Assembly: GCF_001457615.1 (NCBI RefSeq)
Contig: NZ_LN831024.1
Location: 420,001 to 452,000, forward strand
Length of the DNA stretch: 32,000 nt
Source of the DNA: Pseudomonas aeruginosa
GTDB lineage: Bacteria > Pseudomonadota > Gammaproteobacteria > Pseudomonadales > Pseudomonadaceae
Direction: 5' to 3'
This document shows positions 1 to 8,952 of this stretch, one piece after another. The notes under the pieces were generated by a model, which saw only the letters and a list, made by a program, of their open reading frames with translations, did no database searches and was not told the DNA's origin. Both the position numbers and the translations under genes were made by a program. Numbering within the stretch: the first letter of the stretch is position 1; each line of letters starts with the position of its first letter.

Positions 1-31
1 GCCGCCCGGGGGCGGCGCCGGCGGTTGCGGC

Positions 32-625
32 TCAGAGACCCAGGCGCTGCTTGAGCAGGGCCATGGCGCGGGCCCGGTGGCTGAGGCGGTTCTTCTCCTC
101 CGGCGCCAGCTCGGCGCTGGAGCAGTCGCGTTCCGGCACCCAGAACAGCGGGTCGTAGCCGAAGCCGTGGGCGCCGCGGGCTTCGCGGAGGATGCGGCCT
201 TCCCAGATGCCCTCGCAGAGGATCGGTAGCGGGTCGTCGGCGTGGCGCACCAGCGCCAGCACGCTGACGAACTGTGCGCCGCGCTCGGCGTCCGGGACAT
301 CCTTCATGGCCTCCAGCAGCTTGGCGTTGTTCGCCGCGTCGCCCCGGCCGTCGGCATAGCGCGCCGAGTAGATGCCCGGCGCGCCGCCGAGGAAGTCCAC
401 CGCCAGCCCGGAGTCGTCGGCCAGCGCCGGCAGGCCGGAGAGGCGTGCGGCGTTGCGTGCCTTGAGGATGGCGTTCTCGACGAAGGAAAGACCGGTTTCC
501 TCCGGTTCCACCTGGCTGAACTCGCCGATCGAGCGCACCTTCACGCTGGCGCCGAGCATGGCCTGGAGTTCCTTGAGTTTGCCGGCATTGTGGCTGGCCA
601 GCACCAGCTGTTCGAGCTTGATCAT
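32..625 (-). CDS. rdgB: RdgB/HAM1-family non-canonical purine NTP pyrophosphatase (dITP/XTP), 197 aa
   Basis: Protein [25 protein letters not shown]...[23 protein letters not shown]...[12 protein letters not shown] matches the Ham1/RdgB signature. ORF track 32..1282 trimmed to the ATG at 623-625, which overlaps the upstream stop as ATGA. Confidence 0.95.
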   Translation of the reverse strand: MIKLEQLVLASHNAGKLKELQAMLGASVKVRSIGEFSQVEPEETGLSFVENAILKARNAARLSGLPALADDSGLAVDFLGGAPGIYSARYADGRGDAANNAKLLEAMKDVPDAERGAQFVSVLALVRHADDPLPILCEGIWEGRILREARGAHGFGYDPLFWVPERDCSSAELAPEEKNRLSHRARAMALLKQRLGL

Positions 626-1041
626 TCGTCCGGGAAGATTTCCTTGTTGAAACTGAAGGTTTGCGCAGGTTCGCCCTTGGCCTCGACCTTGATGGTGAAG
701 ACCAGGGTCTCGCGCTGGCTGATCGGGAATTGCGCCAGGTTGTAGATGGCGCCTTCCTCGCTGACTCGGCGGAACTCCAGGGGGATGACCTTGCCGGTCA
801 GGTCCTTGGCCGAGCCGGTCACGGCGGCCTCTACCGGCTTGCCTTTCTCCATCGGCACCACGTTGATCACGCCCTGCGCCTTGCTGCGTACCAGGCCGAC
901 CGCGCTGGCCACGTTGGGCTGGAGGAAGCTGGAGTTGAACACGTTGTAGTGGACGTCCAGGTCGCCGAAGCGCTGCACCTGCTCGGCGAGGACCGGCAGG
1001 CTCAGGCAGAGGCCGAGGACGAAAGCGGTGAAGCGGCGCAT
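622..1041 (-). CDS. Small secreted or periplasmic protein, DUF4426-like, 139 aa
   Basis: [24 protein letters not shown]... with a clear signal peptide, in the conserved position between metW and rdgB. The family name is recalled, not searched. Confidence 0.8.
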   Translation of the reverse strand: MRRFTAFVLGLCLSLPVLAEQVQRFGDLDVHYNVFNSSFLQPNVASAVGLVRSKAQGVINVVPMEKGKPVEAAVTGSAKDLTGKVIPLEFRRVSEEGAIYNLAQFPISQRETLVFTIKVEAKGEPAQTFSFNKEIFPDE

Positions 1042-1172
1042 GGTGGTTTCTCCTGAAAGGTGGCATGGACGTTGTCCATGGTCTGCTGCCGGCGGCCTTG
1101 GCCGGCTTCGGCAGCGCTCTCCCGAGGACGAGCGGAGGGGCGCCCGGCCCTGGCCCGCAGCCTGGCGCGTTC

Positions 1173-1793
1173 CTAGACGGCGAGGTTGCGGGTCTGCACT
1201 CCGGGTCCGGTGACCCGGTAGATTCCAATCTCACCCAATAGATTAGGCCACAGCCGGCTGGCCCAGCCATGCCGGTGGTCACGGTCCACGGCCAGGCGGT
1301 CGAGCACGCGCATGCGCAACTGGCGGCACAGGCGCTCGAAGTCCTGGAAGGTGCAGAAATGGATGTTCGGCGTGTTGTACCAGGTATACGGCAGGAACTC
1401 GGAGACCGGCATCCGGCCGTTGCGCGCCAGGTACCAGCGGCAGCGCCAGTGGCCGAAGTTGGGGAAAGTGATGATGCAGGTCTTGCCGACCCGCAGCATC
1501 TCTTCGAGGATCTTGTCCGGATAGTGCACGGCCTGTAGCGCCTGGGTCATCACCACCACGTCGAAGCTGTCGCTGGCGAAGTTGCCCAGGCCCTTGTCGA
1601 GGTCCTGCTCGATCACGTTCACCCCGTTTTCGATGCAACGGGCGATGTTGTCGGGATCGATCTCCAGGCCGTAGCCGCTGACCTGCTTGTGGTCGCGCAG
1701 CCAGGCCAGGAGTTCGCCGTCGCCGCAGCCGAGGTCGAGGACGCGGCTGCCGGCGGGAATCCATTCCTGGATGATTTCGAGATCGGCGCGCAT
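1173..1793 (-). CDS. metW: MetW, methionine biosynthesis methyltransferase-like protein, 206 aa
   Basis: [36 protein letters not shown]...: SAM-binding motif, MetW-type sequence, directly downstream of metX. Confidence 0.95.
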   Translation of the reverse strand: MRADLEIIQEWIPAGSRVLDLGCGDGELLAWLRDHKQVSGYGLEIDPDNIARCIENGVNVIEQDLDKGLGNFASDSFDVVVMTQALQAVHYPDKILEEMLRVGKTCIITFPNFGHWRCRWYLARNGRMPVSEFLPYTWYNTPNIHFCTFQDFERLCRQLRMRVLDRLAVDRDHRHGWASRLWPNLLGEIGIYRVTGPGVQTRNLAV

Positions 1794-1800
1794 CGGATCC

Positions 1801-2940
1801 TCACACGCTGATGCGGTTCATGTAACCGCTGAAGGCTTGCAGGTACCGGGGGATCGGCATGAGGAAGGCGTCGTGGCCTTGCGGGGCGTCGATCTCCAGG
1901 TAGCTGACGTTCTTTTTCGCCGCGATCAGGGCGTCGACGATTTCCCGCGAGCGGGCCGGCGAGAAACGCCAGTCGGTGGTGAAGGACATCAGGCAGAAGC
2001 CCGCCTCGACGCCCTCCAGGGTGCGCACCAGGTCGTCGCCGTGGGCGGCGGCGGGGTCGAAATAGTCCAGCGCCTTGGTCATCAGCAGGTAGGTATTGGC
2101 GTCGAAGCGGGTGGAGAACTCCTCGCCCTGGTAGCGCAGGTAACTCTCGACCTGGAACTCGACGCTGTGCAGGTCGTAGTTGAGCTTCTCGGTCTTCAGT
2201 ACGCGGCCGAATTTGGCGCCCATGGCGTCGTCGGACAGGTAGGTGATATGGCCGACCATCCGCGCCAGCTTGAGGCCGCGCTTGGGAATCACGCCCTGTT
2301 CCTGGAAGTAGCCGCCGAGGAACTCAGGGTCGGAAAGAATCGCCTGCCGGGCGACTTCGTTGAAGGCGATGTTCTGCGCCGACAGCTTCGGCGCGCTGGC
2401 GATGCACAGGCAGTGACGGACGCGCTCGGGGTAGCTGATGGTCCATTGCAGCGCCTGCATGCCGCCGAGGCTGCCGCCGACCACCGCGGCCCACTGGCGG
2501 ATGCCGAGGCGGTCTGCCAGGCGCGCCTGGCTATGCACCCAGTCTTCCACCGTGACCATCGGGAAGTCCGCGCCGTAGACCTTGCCGGTCGCCGGATTGA
2601 TGCTGGCGGGGCCGCTGGATCCGTTGCAACCGCCGAGGTTGTTGAGGGCGACGACGAAGAACTTGCGGGTGTCGATCGGCTTGCCCGGACCGATGCAACT
2701 GTCCCACCAGCCCGGCTTGCGCTCGTCGACACTGTGGTAGCCGGCGGCGTGGTGGTGACCGGAGAGGGCGTGGCAGATCAGCACCGCGTTGCTCTGCGTG
2801 GCATTCAGCTCGCCGTAGGTTTCGATCACCAGGTCGTACTCGGCCAGGGACTTGCCGCTGGTCAGCTCGAGCGGTTCGTTGAAGTGCAGCGTCTGGGGGG
2901 AGACCAGACCGACGGAGTCGTCGGGGAAGACTGTGGGCAT
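1801..2940 (-). CDS. metX: MetX, homoserine O-acyltransferase (O-succinyltransferase in P. aeruginosa), 379 aa
   Basis: ...[23 protein letters not shown]...[17 protein letters not shown]...[14 protein letters not shown]: alpha/beta hydrolase nucleophile elbow GGSLGG and MetX motifs; adjacent metW. Confidence 0.96.
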   Translation of the reverse strand: MPTVFPDDSVGLVSPQTLHFNEPLELTSGKSLAEYDLVIETYGELNATQSNAVLICHALSGHHHAAGYHSVDERKPGWWDSCIGPGKPIDTRKFFVVALNNLGGCNGSSGPASINPATGKVYGADFPMVTVEDWVHSQARLADRLGIRQWAAVVGGSLGGMQALQWTISYPERVRHCLCIASAPKLSAQNIAFNEVARQAILSDPEFLGGYFQEQGVIPKRGLKLARMVGHITYLSDDAMGAKFGRVLKTEKLNYDLHSVEFQVESYLRYQGEEFSTRFDANTYLLMTKALDYFDPAAAHGDDLVRTLEGVEAGFCLMSFTTDWRFSPARSREIVDALIAAKKNVSYLEIDAPQGHDAFLMPIPRYLQAFSGYMNRISV

Positions 2941-2970
2941 CGACCCTGCTCTCGAACAAAGGAGGGCGCC

Positions 2971-2999
2971 AGTCTAAAGAGCGTCGCCCCCAGCGGCAA
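2971..2999 (-). promoter_or_regulatory. Weak candidate sigma70-type promoter for metX (TTGCCG-N17-TAGACT)
   Basis: Minus strand reads TTGCCG(2999-2994)-17 nt-TAGACT(2976-2971), about 30 nt upstream of the metX ATG. 4/6 matches in each box. Confidence 0.3.
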
Positions 3000-3028
3000 G
3001 CGCGCTGGCGCGCGCCGTGGGAGCGGGG

Positions 3029-4996
3029 TCAGGCGCGCTGCGAGCCGGGCAGGTTGACCACCTTGGCCTGGCGCTGCAGGGGCGAGGGGCGGCGCAACTG
3101 GCGGAGGATGTCGCCGGCTTCGCGCAACTGTTCCTGCAATTCCCCGGCGAACCCGGCGAAGGCCTGGCTGCGCTGGCGTACCTGCTGGGTCTCCTGGGCC
3201 AGGCCCTTGAGGCGGAGCATGTGGCTTTCGAGCAACTGTTTGTTTTCCAGGGTGTGCTGCATCAGCGGCATCAGCGCGTCGTTGGCCCAGCGCTCGGTTT
3301 CCTCGCGCAGGCGCTGGTGCAGGCCGACCACCTCCTGCACCAGGGTGGCGAAGAAGCGCCGGGTCAGCAGGCGTTGCTCGGTAAGCACGGTCTTCAGCTG
3401 CAGGCGGAACTGGTCGCCCTTCTTCTTCAGTTGCAACAGTTCGCGCTGGTAGCGCTGGACCCGTAGCTGCGGCGCGTCGAGGGCGTAGAGCGGGTTCTCC
3501 TCGTTGTGCCGGCGGTAGATGGCGGCGACCATGCGGTTGGCCATGCCGGCCTCGTGCTCGAGGTTGTCGAGGTCGTGCTCCACCGCGCGGAAGAACGCCA
3601 GGATCGCCTGGTTGATGCCGACCGTGGTCAGGCTGCCGTTGAGGTTGCGCCGCACCTTCTGCAGGTGCTGTTCCATGCGTTCGCTGCGGATCGTCTCGCG
3701 CAGCGTCGCGCCCTGGTGCTGCAGCAGGCGCTGGTTGGTCTTCAGGTTGAGCAGGCGGCGGTGGTGGCGGCCGTGGTCGTCCTTGGTCTTCGCGGTCAGT
3801 TCGAACAGCAGTTGGCCGCTGTCGCGCTGCTTGTCGTCGAGCAGCGCGCGCTGTTCCTCGACCTTCTCCAGGCGCAGGCGCAGCAGATGCTGGCTGTTGT
3901 GCAGCAGGCCAAGGACCTGGCCGAGCACGGAGTTCTCCAGCAGCGCTTCCTTCTGCGCGACGATGCGCTCGCAGAGCAGCGCTTCCAGCCGATCCAGGCG
4001 ACTGCGTTCGAGCAGCGCCGGTTCGCCGCGGACCTTGGCCAGCAGCGCCTGCTTCGCCGACAGCGGCAGCACGTCGCCGCGCTGCAGGCCGAGCTGGCGG
4101 GCCGTGCCGTCCTGGATCAGGCGGATGGCGTTCTGTACGAAGCGCTCGCCGGAAAGGTCGTCCCAGAGCACGTCGATCTTGTTCAGCACGGCGAACAGGC
4201 TGCTGTGGCCGTCCTCGCGCAGTGGCTGGATGTACTTCTGCCAGATTTCCATGTCCGAGGCGGTGACACCAGCGTCGGCGGACAGCAGGAACAGGATCGC
4301 CTGGGCGTTGGGCAGCATCGACAGGGTCAGCTCCGGCTCGCTGCCGAGGGCGTTCAGGCCGGGTGTGTCGAGGATCCGCAGGCCCTGGCGCAGCAGCGGG
4401 TGGTCGAAGTTGACCAGGGCGTGGCGCCAGGCCGGGACGCGCACCTGGTCGGGCTCGTCGGCGGCTTCCAGGGCGTCCGGGTGGAAGCCGAGCTGGATCG
4501 CCTGTTCCACCGGCAGCGCCTTGGTCTTGGCGACCTGGGCGAAGGCCTGGGCCATGCCCTCCGGGTCGCCGGTGTCCAGCGGAATGTTCACCCAGTGGCG
4601 CGGCACGCGCTTGAACTGGGCGACGCTGGCGTCGGCCAGGCGCGTCTCGATCGGCAGCAGGCGGATGTAGCTGCGCTCGGCGCGCGGATCGTGGAACAGC
4701 TCGGTGGGGCACATGGTGGTGCGTCCGGCGTGGGACGGCAGCATGCGCTGGCCGTAGCCGGCGAAGAACAGGCTGTTGATCAGCTCGGTCTTGCCACGCG
4801 AGAACTCGCCGACGAAGGCCAGGGTGATGTGGTCCGCGCGCAGTTGGCGCAGGGCGCGTTCGAGCTTGGCCTCGACCGCCGGGCTGTTCAGCCGGCTGCG
4901 CTCCAGCCAGCCGCGATAGCGGGTGATTTCCCGCATCAGCTCGCGCTTCCAGGCGACGTAGGCGTCGATTTGATGGCTGAGTCTTTCCATGCTCAT
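3029..4996 (-). CDS. Dynamin-family GTPase, 655 aa
   Basis: GTPase motifs: G1 FVGEFSRGKTELINSLF, G2-like GRTTMCPTE, G3 LDTPGLNAL, G4 LNKIDVLW. Long alpha-helical C-terminus typical of dynamin-like proteins. GGAG-N7-ATG ribosome binding site at the 4996 start. Confidence 0.88.
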   Translation of the reverse strand: MSMERLSHQIDAYVAWKRELMREITRYRGWLERSRLNSPAVEAKLERALRQLRADHITLAFVGEFSRGKTELINSLFFAGYGQRMLPSHAGRTTMCPTELFHDPRAERSYIRLLPIETRLADASVAQFKRVPRHWVNIPLDTGDPEGMAQAFAQVAKTKALPVEQAIQLGFHPDALEAADEPDQVRVPAWRHALVNFDHPLLRQGLRILDTPGLNALGSEPELTLSMLPNAQAILFLLSADAGVTASDMEIWQKYIQPLREDGHSSLFAVLNKIDVLWDDLSGERFVQNAIRLIQDGTARQLGLQRGDVLPLSAKQALLAKVRGEPALLERSRLDRLEALLCERIVAQKEALLENSVLGQVLGLLHNSQHLLRLRLEKVEEQRALLDDKQRDSGQLLFELTAKTKDDHGRHHRRLLNLKTNQRLLQHQGATLRETIRSERMEQHLQKVRRNLNGSLTTVGINQAILAFFRAVEHDLDNLEHEAGMANRMVAAIYRRHNEENPLYALDAPQLRVQRYQRELLQLKKKGDQFRLQLKTVLTEQRLLTRRFFATLVQEVVGLHQRLREETERWANDALMPLMQHTLENKQLLESHMLRLKGLAQETQQVRQRSQAFAGFAGELQEQLREAGDILRQLRRPSPLQRQAKVVNLPGSQRA

Positions 4997-5041
4997 CCAG
5001 GGGCTCCAGGGCGCGGGACCGGCGGGGGAAGGATGGCGTGG

Positions 5042-5069
5042 ATTATGCGGGGGAGCGGGGGAGCGTCAA
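5042..5069 (-). promoter_or_regulatory. Near-consensus sigma70-like promoter for the dynamin-like gene (TTGACG-N16-CATAAT)
   Basis: Minus strand: TTGACG (5069-5064), 16-nt spacer, CATAAT (5047-5042). 5/6 in both boxes, predicted TSS about 40 nt upstream of the ATG at 4996. Confidence 0.6.
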
Positions 5070-5103
5070 TTGGCCTGCTTCACATTCCTGCACGTAAGGT
5101 CGG

Positions 5104-5400
5104 TCAAGCGGGTCGAGCGGCGATCCCCAGTTCCTCCGGCAATCGGGTCGGACGGCGGATGCGCACCCGTTTCTGCCGGTTCAGCTCGCCGCTTTCGAGA
5201 CTCACCAGGCTCTTGGCCACGCCGAAGGCCTTGCCGAGGAAGGCCAGCAGATGGGCGTTGGCCTTGCCCTCCACCGGCGGTGCGGTGAGGCGGATCTTCA
5301 GGCGCTCGCCGTGCAGCCCGGCGAACTCGTCGCGGCTCGCCTTGGGCTGCAGGTGGCAATCGAGGAGTAGGTCCTCGCCGTCCCAGCGGTAGAAGCTCAG
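5104..5400 (-). CDS. yggU: YggU / DUF167 (UPF0235) family protein, 98 aa, probable CTG start
   Basis: Manual translation of the minus strand: (L/M)SFYRWDGEDLLLDCHLQPKASRDEFAGLHGERLKIRLTAPPVEGKANAHLLAFLGKAFGVAKSLVSLESGELNRQKRVRIRRPTRLPEELGIAARPA*. Contains the DUF167 core (QPKAS, RLTAPPVEGKAN, GKAFGV). No ATG/GTG/TTG start nearby; CTG overlaps the yggT stop as CTGA. Confidence 0.85.
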   Translation of the reverse strand: MSFYRWDGEDLLLDCHLQPKASRDEFAGLHGERLKIRLTAPPVEGKANAHLLAFLGKAFGVAKSLVSLESGELNRQKRVRIRRPTRLPEELGIAARPA

Positions 5401-5990
5401 AGGAAGATGCTCAACTGCTGGGGCATGCCGGTCATGGCCGCCAGGTTGTTGATCACCAGCATGTCGATCAGCTTCAGCGCGAGGAACGCGAAGATCGGCG
5501 AGAGATCCAGTCCGCCGAGGTTCGGCAGGAGCTTGCGGAACGGCATCAGCAGCGGTTCGCAGATCTGGTTCACCAGTTGCGCGCCGGGGTTGTAGCTGCC
5601 CGGGGCGACCCAGGAAAGGATCACGCTGATGATCAGGGCGAAGAAGAACACCTTCAGGAACAGCGAGGTGACGGCGATGATCGACCAGATCAGCAGTTGC
5701 ATGATGAAGCCGCCGACGCCGTAGCCCATCAGCATCAGGATCAGGATCATCAGCACCAGCTGGATCAGGATCGCCAGCACCAGCGAGGCCAGGTCGATCC
5801 CGCCGAAGCCGGGGATGATCCGCCGCAGCGGGTTCAGCAGCGGCTTGGTGGCGCGCACGATGAACTGGCTGAGGGGGTTGTAGAAGTCCGCGCGGACCAA
5901 CTGCAGGATGAAGCGCAGCAGCACGATCAGCAGGTAGAGGCTGCCGAGGGTCTGGAGGATATAGATAGCAGCGGTGTTGAGGCCGATCAT
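5397..5990 (-). CDS. yggT: YggT family integral membrane protein, 197 aa
   Basis: MIGLNTAAIYILQTLGSLYLLIVLLRFILQLVRADFYNPLSQFIVRATKPLLNPLRRIIPG...: two YggT repeats, hydrophobic, located after proC. Confidence 0.92.
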   Translation of the reverse strand: MIGLNTAAIYILQTLGSLYLLIVLLRFILQLVRADFYNPLSQFIVRATKPLLNPLRRIIPGFGGIDLASLVLAILIQLVLMILILMLMGYGVGGFIMQLLIWSIIAVTSLFLKVFFFALIISVILSWVAPGSYNPGAQLVNQICEPLLMPFRKLLPNLGGLDLSPIFAFLALKLIDMLVINNLAAMTGMPQQLSIFL

Positions 5991-6000
5991 CGACTACTCC

Positions 6001-6822
6001 TTATTGGCCAAGCTGTTCGGCCAGCTCGGCGGAGCGCTGGCTGGCGGCGTTCAGGGCCTGCTCCACCAGTGCTTCGAAGCCGTTGGCCTGGAAGGATTTG
6101 ATCGCCGCCTCGGTGGTGCCGTTGGGCGAAGTCACCCGGCGCCGCAGCTCGGCCGGCTCGACCTCGCTGGACAGCGCCATCTGCGCCGCGCCGAGGGCGG
6201 TCTGCAGGGTCAGGCGCGAGGCTGTCTCGCGGGACAGGCCGAGCTTCTCGCCGGCGTCGGTCATGGCCTGCATCAGCAGGAAGAAATACGCCGGGCCGCT
6301 ACCCGACACTGCGGTCACCGCGTCGATCTGCGCTTCGTCGTCCAGCCACAGGGCGATGCCTACCGCAGACAGCAACTGCCCGGCCTGCTCGCGTTGCGCG
6401 GCGCTGACCTGCGCGTTGGCGTACAGCCCGCTGGCGCCCTGGCGCAGCAGCGCCGGGGTGTTGGGCATGCAGCGGACCACCGGGCGCGGCTGGCCGAGCC
6501 AGGCTTCGAGGCTGGCGCAGGGGATGCCGGCGGCGATGGAGACGATCAGTTGCTCCGGCTTCAGCGCCGGCGCCAAGGCCTGGCACACGGCTTTCATGGC
6601 CTGCGGCTTGACCGACAGGACCACGACGTCGGCGTCGGCCACGGCCTCGGCGTTGGACTCGACCACGTCGATGGCGAACTCGCCGGCGATCTTCGCGCGT
6701 TGCTCGGCGCCCGGGTCGCTGGCGCGGATCTGCGCCGCCGGCACGCCTTGGGCGCGCAGGCCGCCGATCAGGCTGGCGGCCATGTTGCCGGCGCCGATGA
6801 ACGCTATGCGGGGTGTGCTCAT
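6001..6822 (-). CDS. proC: Pyrroline-5-carboxylate reductase, 273 aa
   Basis: MSTPRIAFIGAGNMAASLIGGLRAQG... Rossmann motif and ...GSGPAYFFLLMQAMTDAGEKLGL... ProC signature. ORF track entry trimmed to the ATG at 6820-6822. Confidence 0.96.
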   Translation of the reverse strand: MSTPRIAFIGAGNMAASLIGGLRAQGVPAAQIRASDPGAEQRAKIAGEFAIDVVESNAEAVADADVVVLSVKPQAMKAVCQALAPALKPEQLIVSIAAGIPCASLEAWLGQPRPVVRCMPNTPALLRQGASGLYANAQVSAAQREQAGQLLSAVGIALWLDDEAQIDAVTAVSGSGPAYFFLLMQAMTDAGEKLGLSRETASRLTLQTALGAAQMALSSEVEPAELRRRVTSPNGTTEAAIKSFQANGFEALVEQALNAASQRSAELAEQLGQ

Positions 6823-6833
6823 AGGGGATTCCT

Positions 6834-7526
6834 TCAAGAAGCCGGCGCGCCGTAGTCGCGGGCGCCGAACAGGGCGGTACCGATGCGGACCCAGGTCGCA
6901 CCTTCGCCGATGGCTGCCTCGAGGTCGTCGCTCATGCCCATGGACAGGGTGTCCAGGCCAAGGTTCAGGTCCAGCAGCAGTTCGCGCAGGCGGGCGAACG
7001 CGGCGTGTTGCGCGGCGCGTTCGGCGGTGGGTTCGGGGATGGCCATCAGGCCACGCAATCGGAGGTTGGGCAGTTGCTTCACGGCCTCGGCCAGGGCCGG
7101 CAGGTCCTCGGGGGCGCAGCCGGACTTGCTGGCTTCGCCGCTGACGTTGACCTGCAGGCAGACATTCAGGGGCGGCAGCCCGGCCGGGCGTTGCTCCGAC
7201 AGGCGCTGCGCGATCTTCAACCGGTCCACCGAGTGCACCCACTGGAAATGCTCGGCGATGGGCCGCGTCTTGTTCGACTGGATGGGGCCGATGAAGTGCC
7301 AGTTCAAGGGCAGGTCGGCCAGTTCGGCCTGCTTGCCGAGGGCCTCCTGCAGGTAGTTTTCGCCGAAGTCGCGAAGGCCGGCGGCGTGCGCCTCGCGCAC
7401 CGCGGCGGCGGGCTTGGTCTTACTCACGGCGAGCAGGCCGACCGTGGCCGGATCGCGCCCCGCAGCTTGCGCTGCCTCACGGATGCGCGCGGCAACCTTT
7501 GCAATATTCTCTGCTATCGTGGACAT
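6834..7526 (-). CDS. yggS: YggS/PROSC-family PLP-binding protein (PLP homeostasis), 230 aa
   Basis: MSTIAENIAKVAARIREAAQAAGRDPATVGLLAVSKTKPAAAVREAHAAGLRDFGENYLQEALGK...HFIGPIQSNKTR: YggS signature. Start chosen at the ATG 7524-7526. Confidence 0.95.
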   Translation of the reverse strand: MSTIAENIAKVAARIREAAQAAGRDPATVGLLAVSKTKPAAAVREAHAAGLRDFGENYLQEALGKQAELADLPLNWHFIGPIQSNKTRPIAEHFQWVHSVDRLKIAQRLSEQRPAGLPPLNVCLQVNVSGEASKSGCAPEDLPALAEAVKQLPNLRLRGLMAIPEPTAERAAQHAAFARLRELLLDLNLGLDTLSMGMSDDLEAAIGEGATWVRIGTALFGARDYGAPAS

Positions 7527-7740
7527 TACCTGCGCCCTATGGAAGTGCGGTCGGCGTCGGCTCGACGCCCTCGAAACCGCCGGCCTCGATGGCCATCTTC
7601 CTGTTCCAGTGTCGAGGTTCCGCGTCTGGCGCAGGACACCACGCGTGTCCTGGAAGCACCCTGGCTCATCCGGTGTTTTCCTTGTCCGAGACGGCGGCTT
7701 TGGCGGCATTCTACCTGCTTGCTTGTAATTGGGGAGTCCC

Positions 7741-8775
7741 ATGGATATTACCGAGCTGCTCGCCTTCAGTGCCAAACAGGGCGCTTCGGACCTGCACCTC
7801 TCCGCCGGCCTGCCACCCATGATCCGGGTGGATGGCGATGTACGCCGGATCAACCTGCCACCGCTGGAACACAAGCAGGTGCATGCGCTGATCTACGACA
7901 TCATGAACGACAAGCAGCGCAAGGACTTCGAGGAATTCCTCGAGACCGACTTCTCCTTCGAGGTGCCGGGCGTCGCGCGTTTCCGGGTCAACGCCTTCAA
8001 CCAGAACCGTGGCGCCGGCGCGGTATTCCGGACCATTCCCTCCAAGGTACTGACCATGGAGGAGCTTGGCATGGGAGAAGTGTTCAAACGTGTTTCAGAC
8101 GTCCCGCGCGGGTTGGTACTGGTCACCGGGCCGACCGGTTCGGGCAAGTCCACCACCCTGGCGGCGATGCTCGATTACCTGAACAACACCAAGTACCACC
8201 ACATCCTCACCATCGAGGACCCGATCGAATTCGTCCACGAATCGAAGAAGTGCCTGGTCAACCAGCGCGAGGTGCATCGCGACACCCTCGGCTTCAGCGA
8301 AGCGCTGCGCTCGGCGCTGCGGGAGGACCCGGACATCATCCTGGTCGGCGAGATGCGCGACCTGGAAACCATCCGCCTGGCCCTGACCGCGGCGGAGACC
8401 GGCCACCTGGTATTCGGCACCCTGCACACCACCTCGGCGGCGAAGACCATCGACCGGGTGGTCGACGTGTTCCCGGCCGAGGAAAAGGCCATGGTTCGCT
8501 CGATGCTCTCCGAGTCGCTGCAATCGGTGATCTCGCAGACCCTGATCAAGAAGATCGGCGGCGGCCGGGTGGCGGCCCACGAGATCATGATCGGCACCCC
8601 GGCGATCCGCAACCTGATCCGCGAGGACAAGGTCGCGCAGATGTATTCGGCGATCCAGACCGGCGGCTCGCTGGGCATGCAGACCCTCGACATGTGCCTC
8701 AAGGGCCTGGTCGCCAAGGGCCTGATCAGCCGCGAGAACGCCCGCGAGAAGGCGAAGATCCCGGAAAACTTCTGA
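7741..8775 (+). CDS. pilT: Type IV pilus retraction ATPase PilT, 344 aa
   Basis: MDITELLAFSAKQGASDLHLSAGLPPMIRVDGDVRRI...GPTGSGKSTTLAAM (Walker A)...GEMRDLETIRLALTAAETGHLVFGTLHT. ATG at 7741. Confidence 0.99.
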   Translation: MDITELLAFSAKQGASDLHLSAGLPPMIRVDGDVRRINLPPLEHKQVHALIYDIMNDKQRKDFEEFLETDFSFEVPGVARFRVNAFNQNRGAGAVFRTIPSKVLTMEELGMGEVFKRVSDVPRGLVLVTGPTGSGKSTTLAAMLDYLNNTKYHHILTIEDPIEFVHESKKCLVNQREVHRDTLGFSEALRSALREDPDIILVGEMRDLETIRLALTAAETGHLVFGTLHTTSAAKTIDRVVDVFPAEEKAMVRSMLSESLQSVISQTLIKKIGGGRVAAHEIMIGTPAIRNLIREDKVAQMYSAIQTGGSLGMQTLDMCLKGLVAKGLISRENAREKAKIPENF

Positions 8776-8952
8776 TCCTGGCGCCGATCCGCCGCGCTTC
8801 GCCCGAATCCCGGAACTGCGTCTAGGATTCAAGAGCGGGAGAGCGGTACCGTAGGCGCATTCCTACCTATCCTTGCCGGCGAGCGCGTCCAGCGCCCGCT
8901 CGCCCGCATCCGGCTCGCCGTCGCGGCGCGCCCCTGAGTGAGCGAGAACATC

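Noticed and set aside
1687-3057. 456-aa plus-strand ORF over metX
   Set aside because: Shadow frame opposite metX, which has clear catalytic motifs.
2862-5392. Large ORFs overlapping the dynamin-like gene (2862..4712 - 616aa, 3506..5392 + 628aa, 3519..4670 + 383aa)
   Set aside because: Repetitive R/P/A- or Q/L/V-rich translations typical of high-GC shadow frames. The 3029-4996 frame has intact GTPase motifs.
7005-8825. 606-aa plus-strand ORF over pilT and yggS
   Set aside because: Frame-shifted shadow of pilT with no domain; contains proline/arginine-rich noise.
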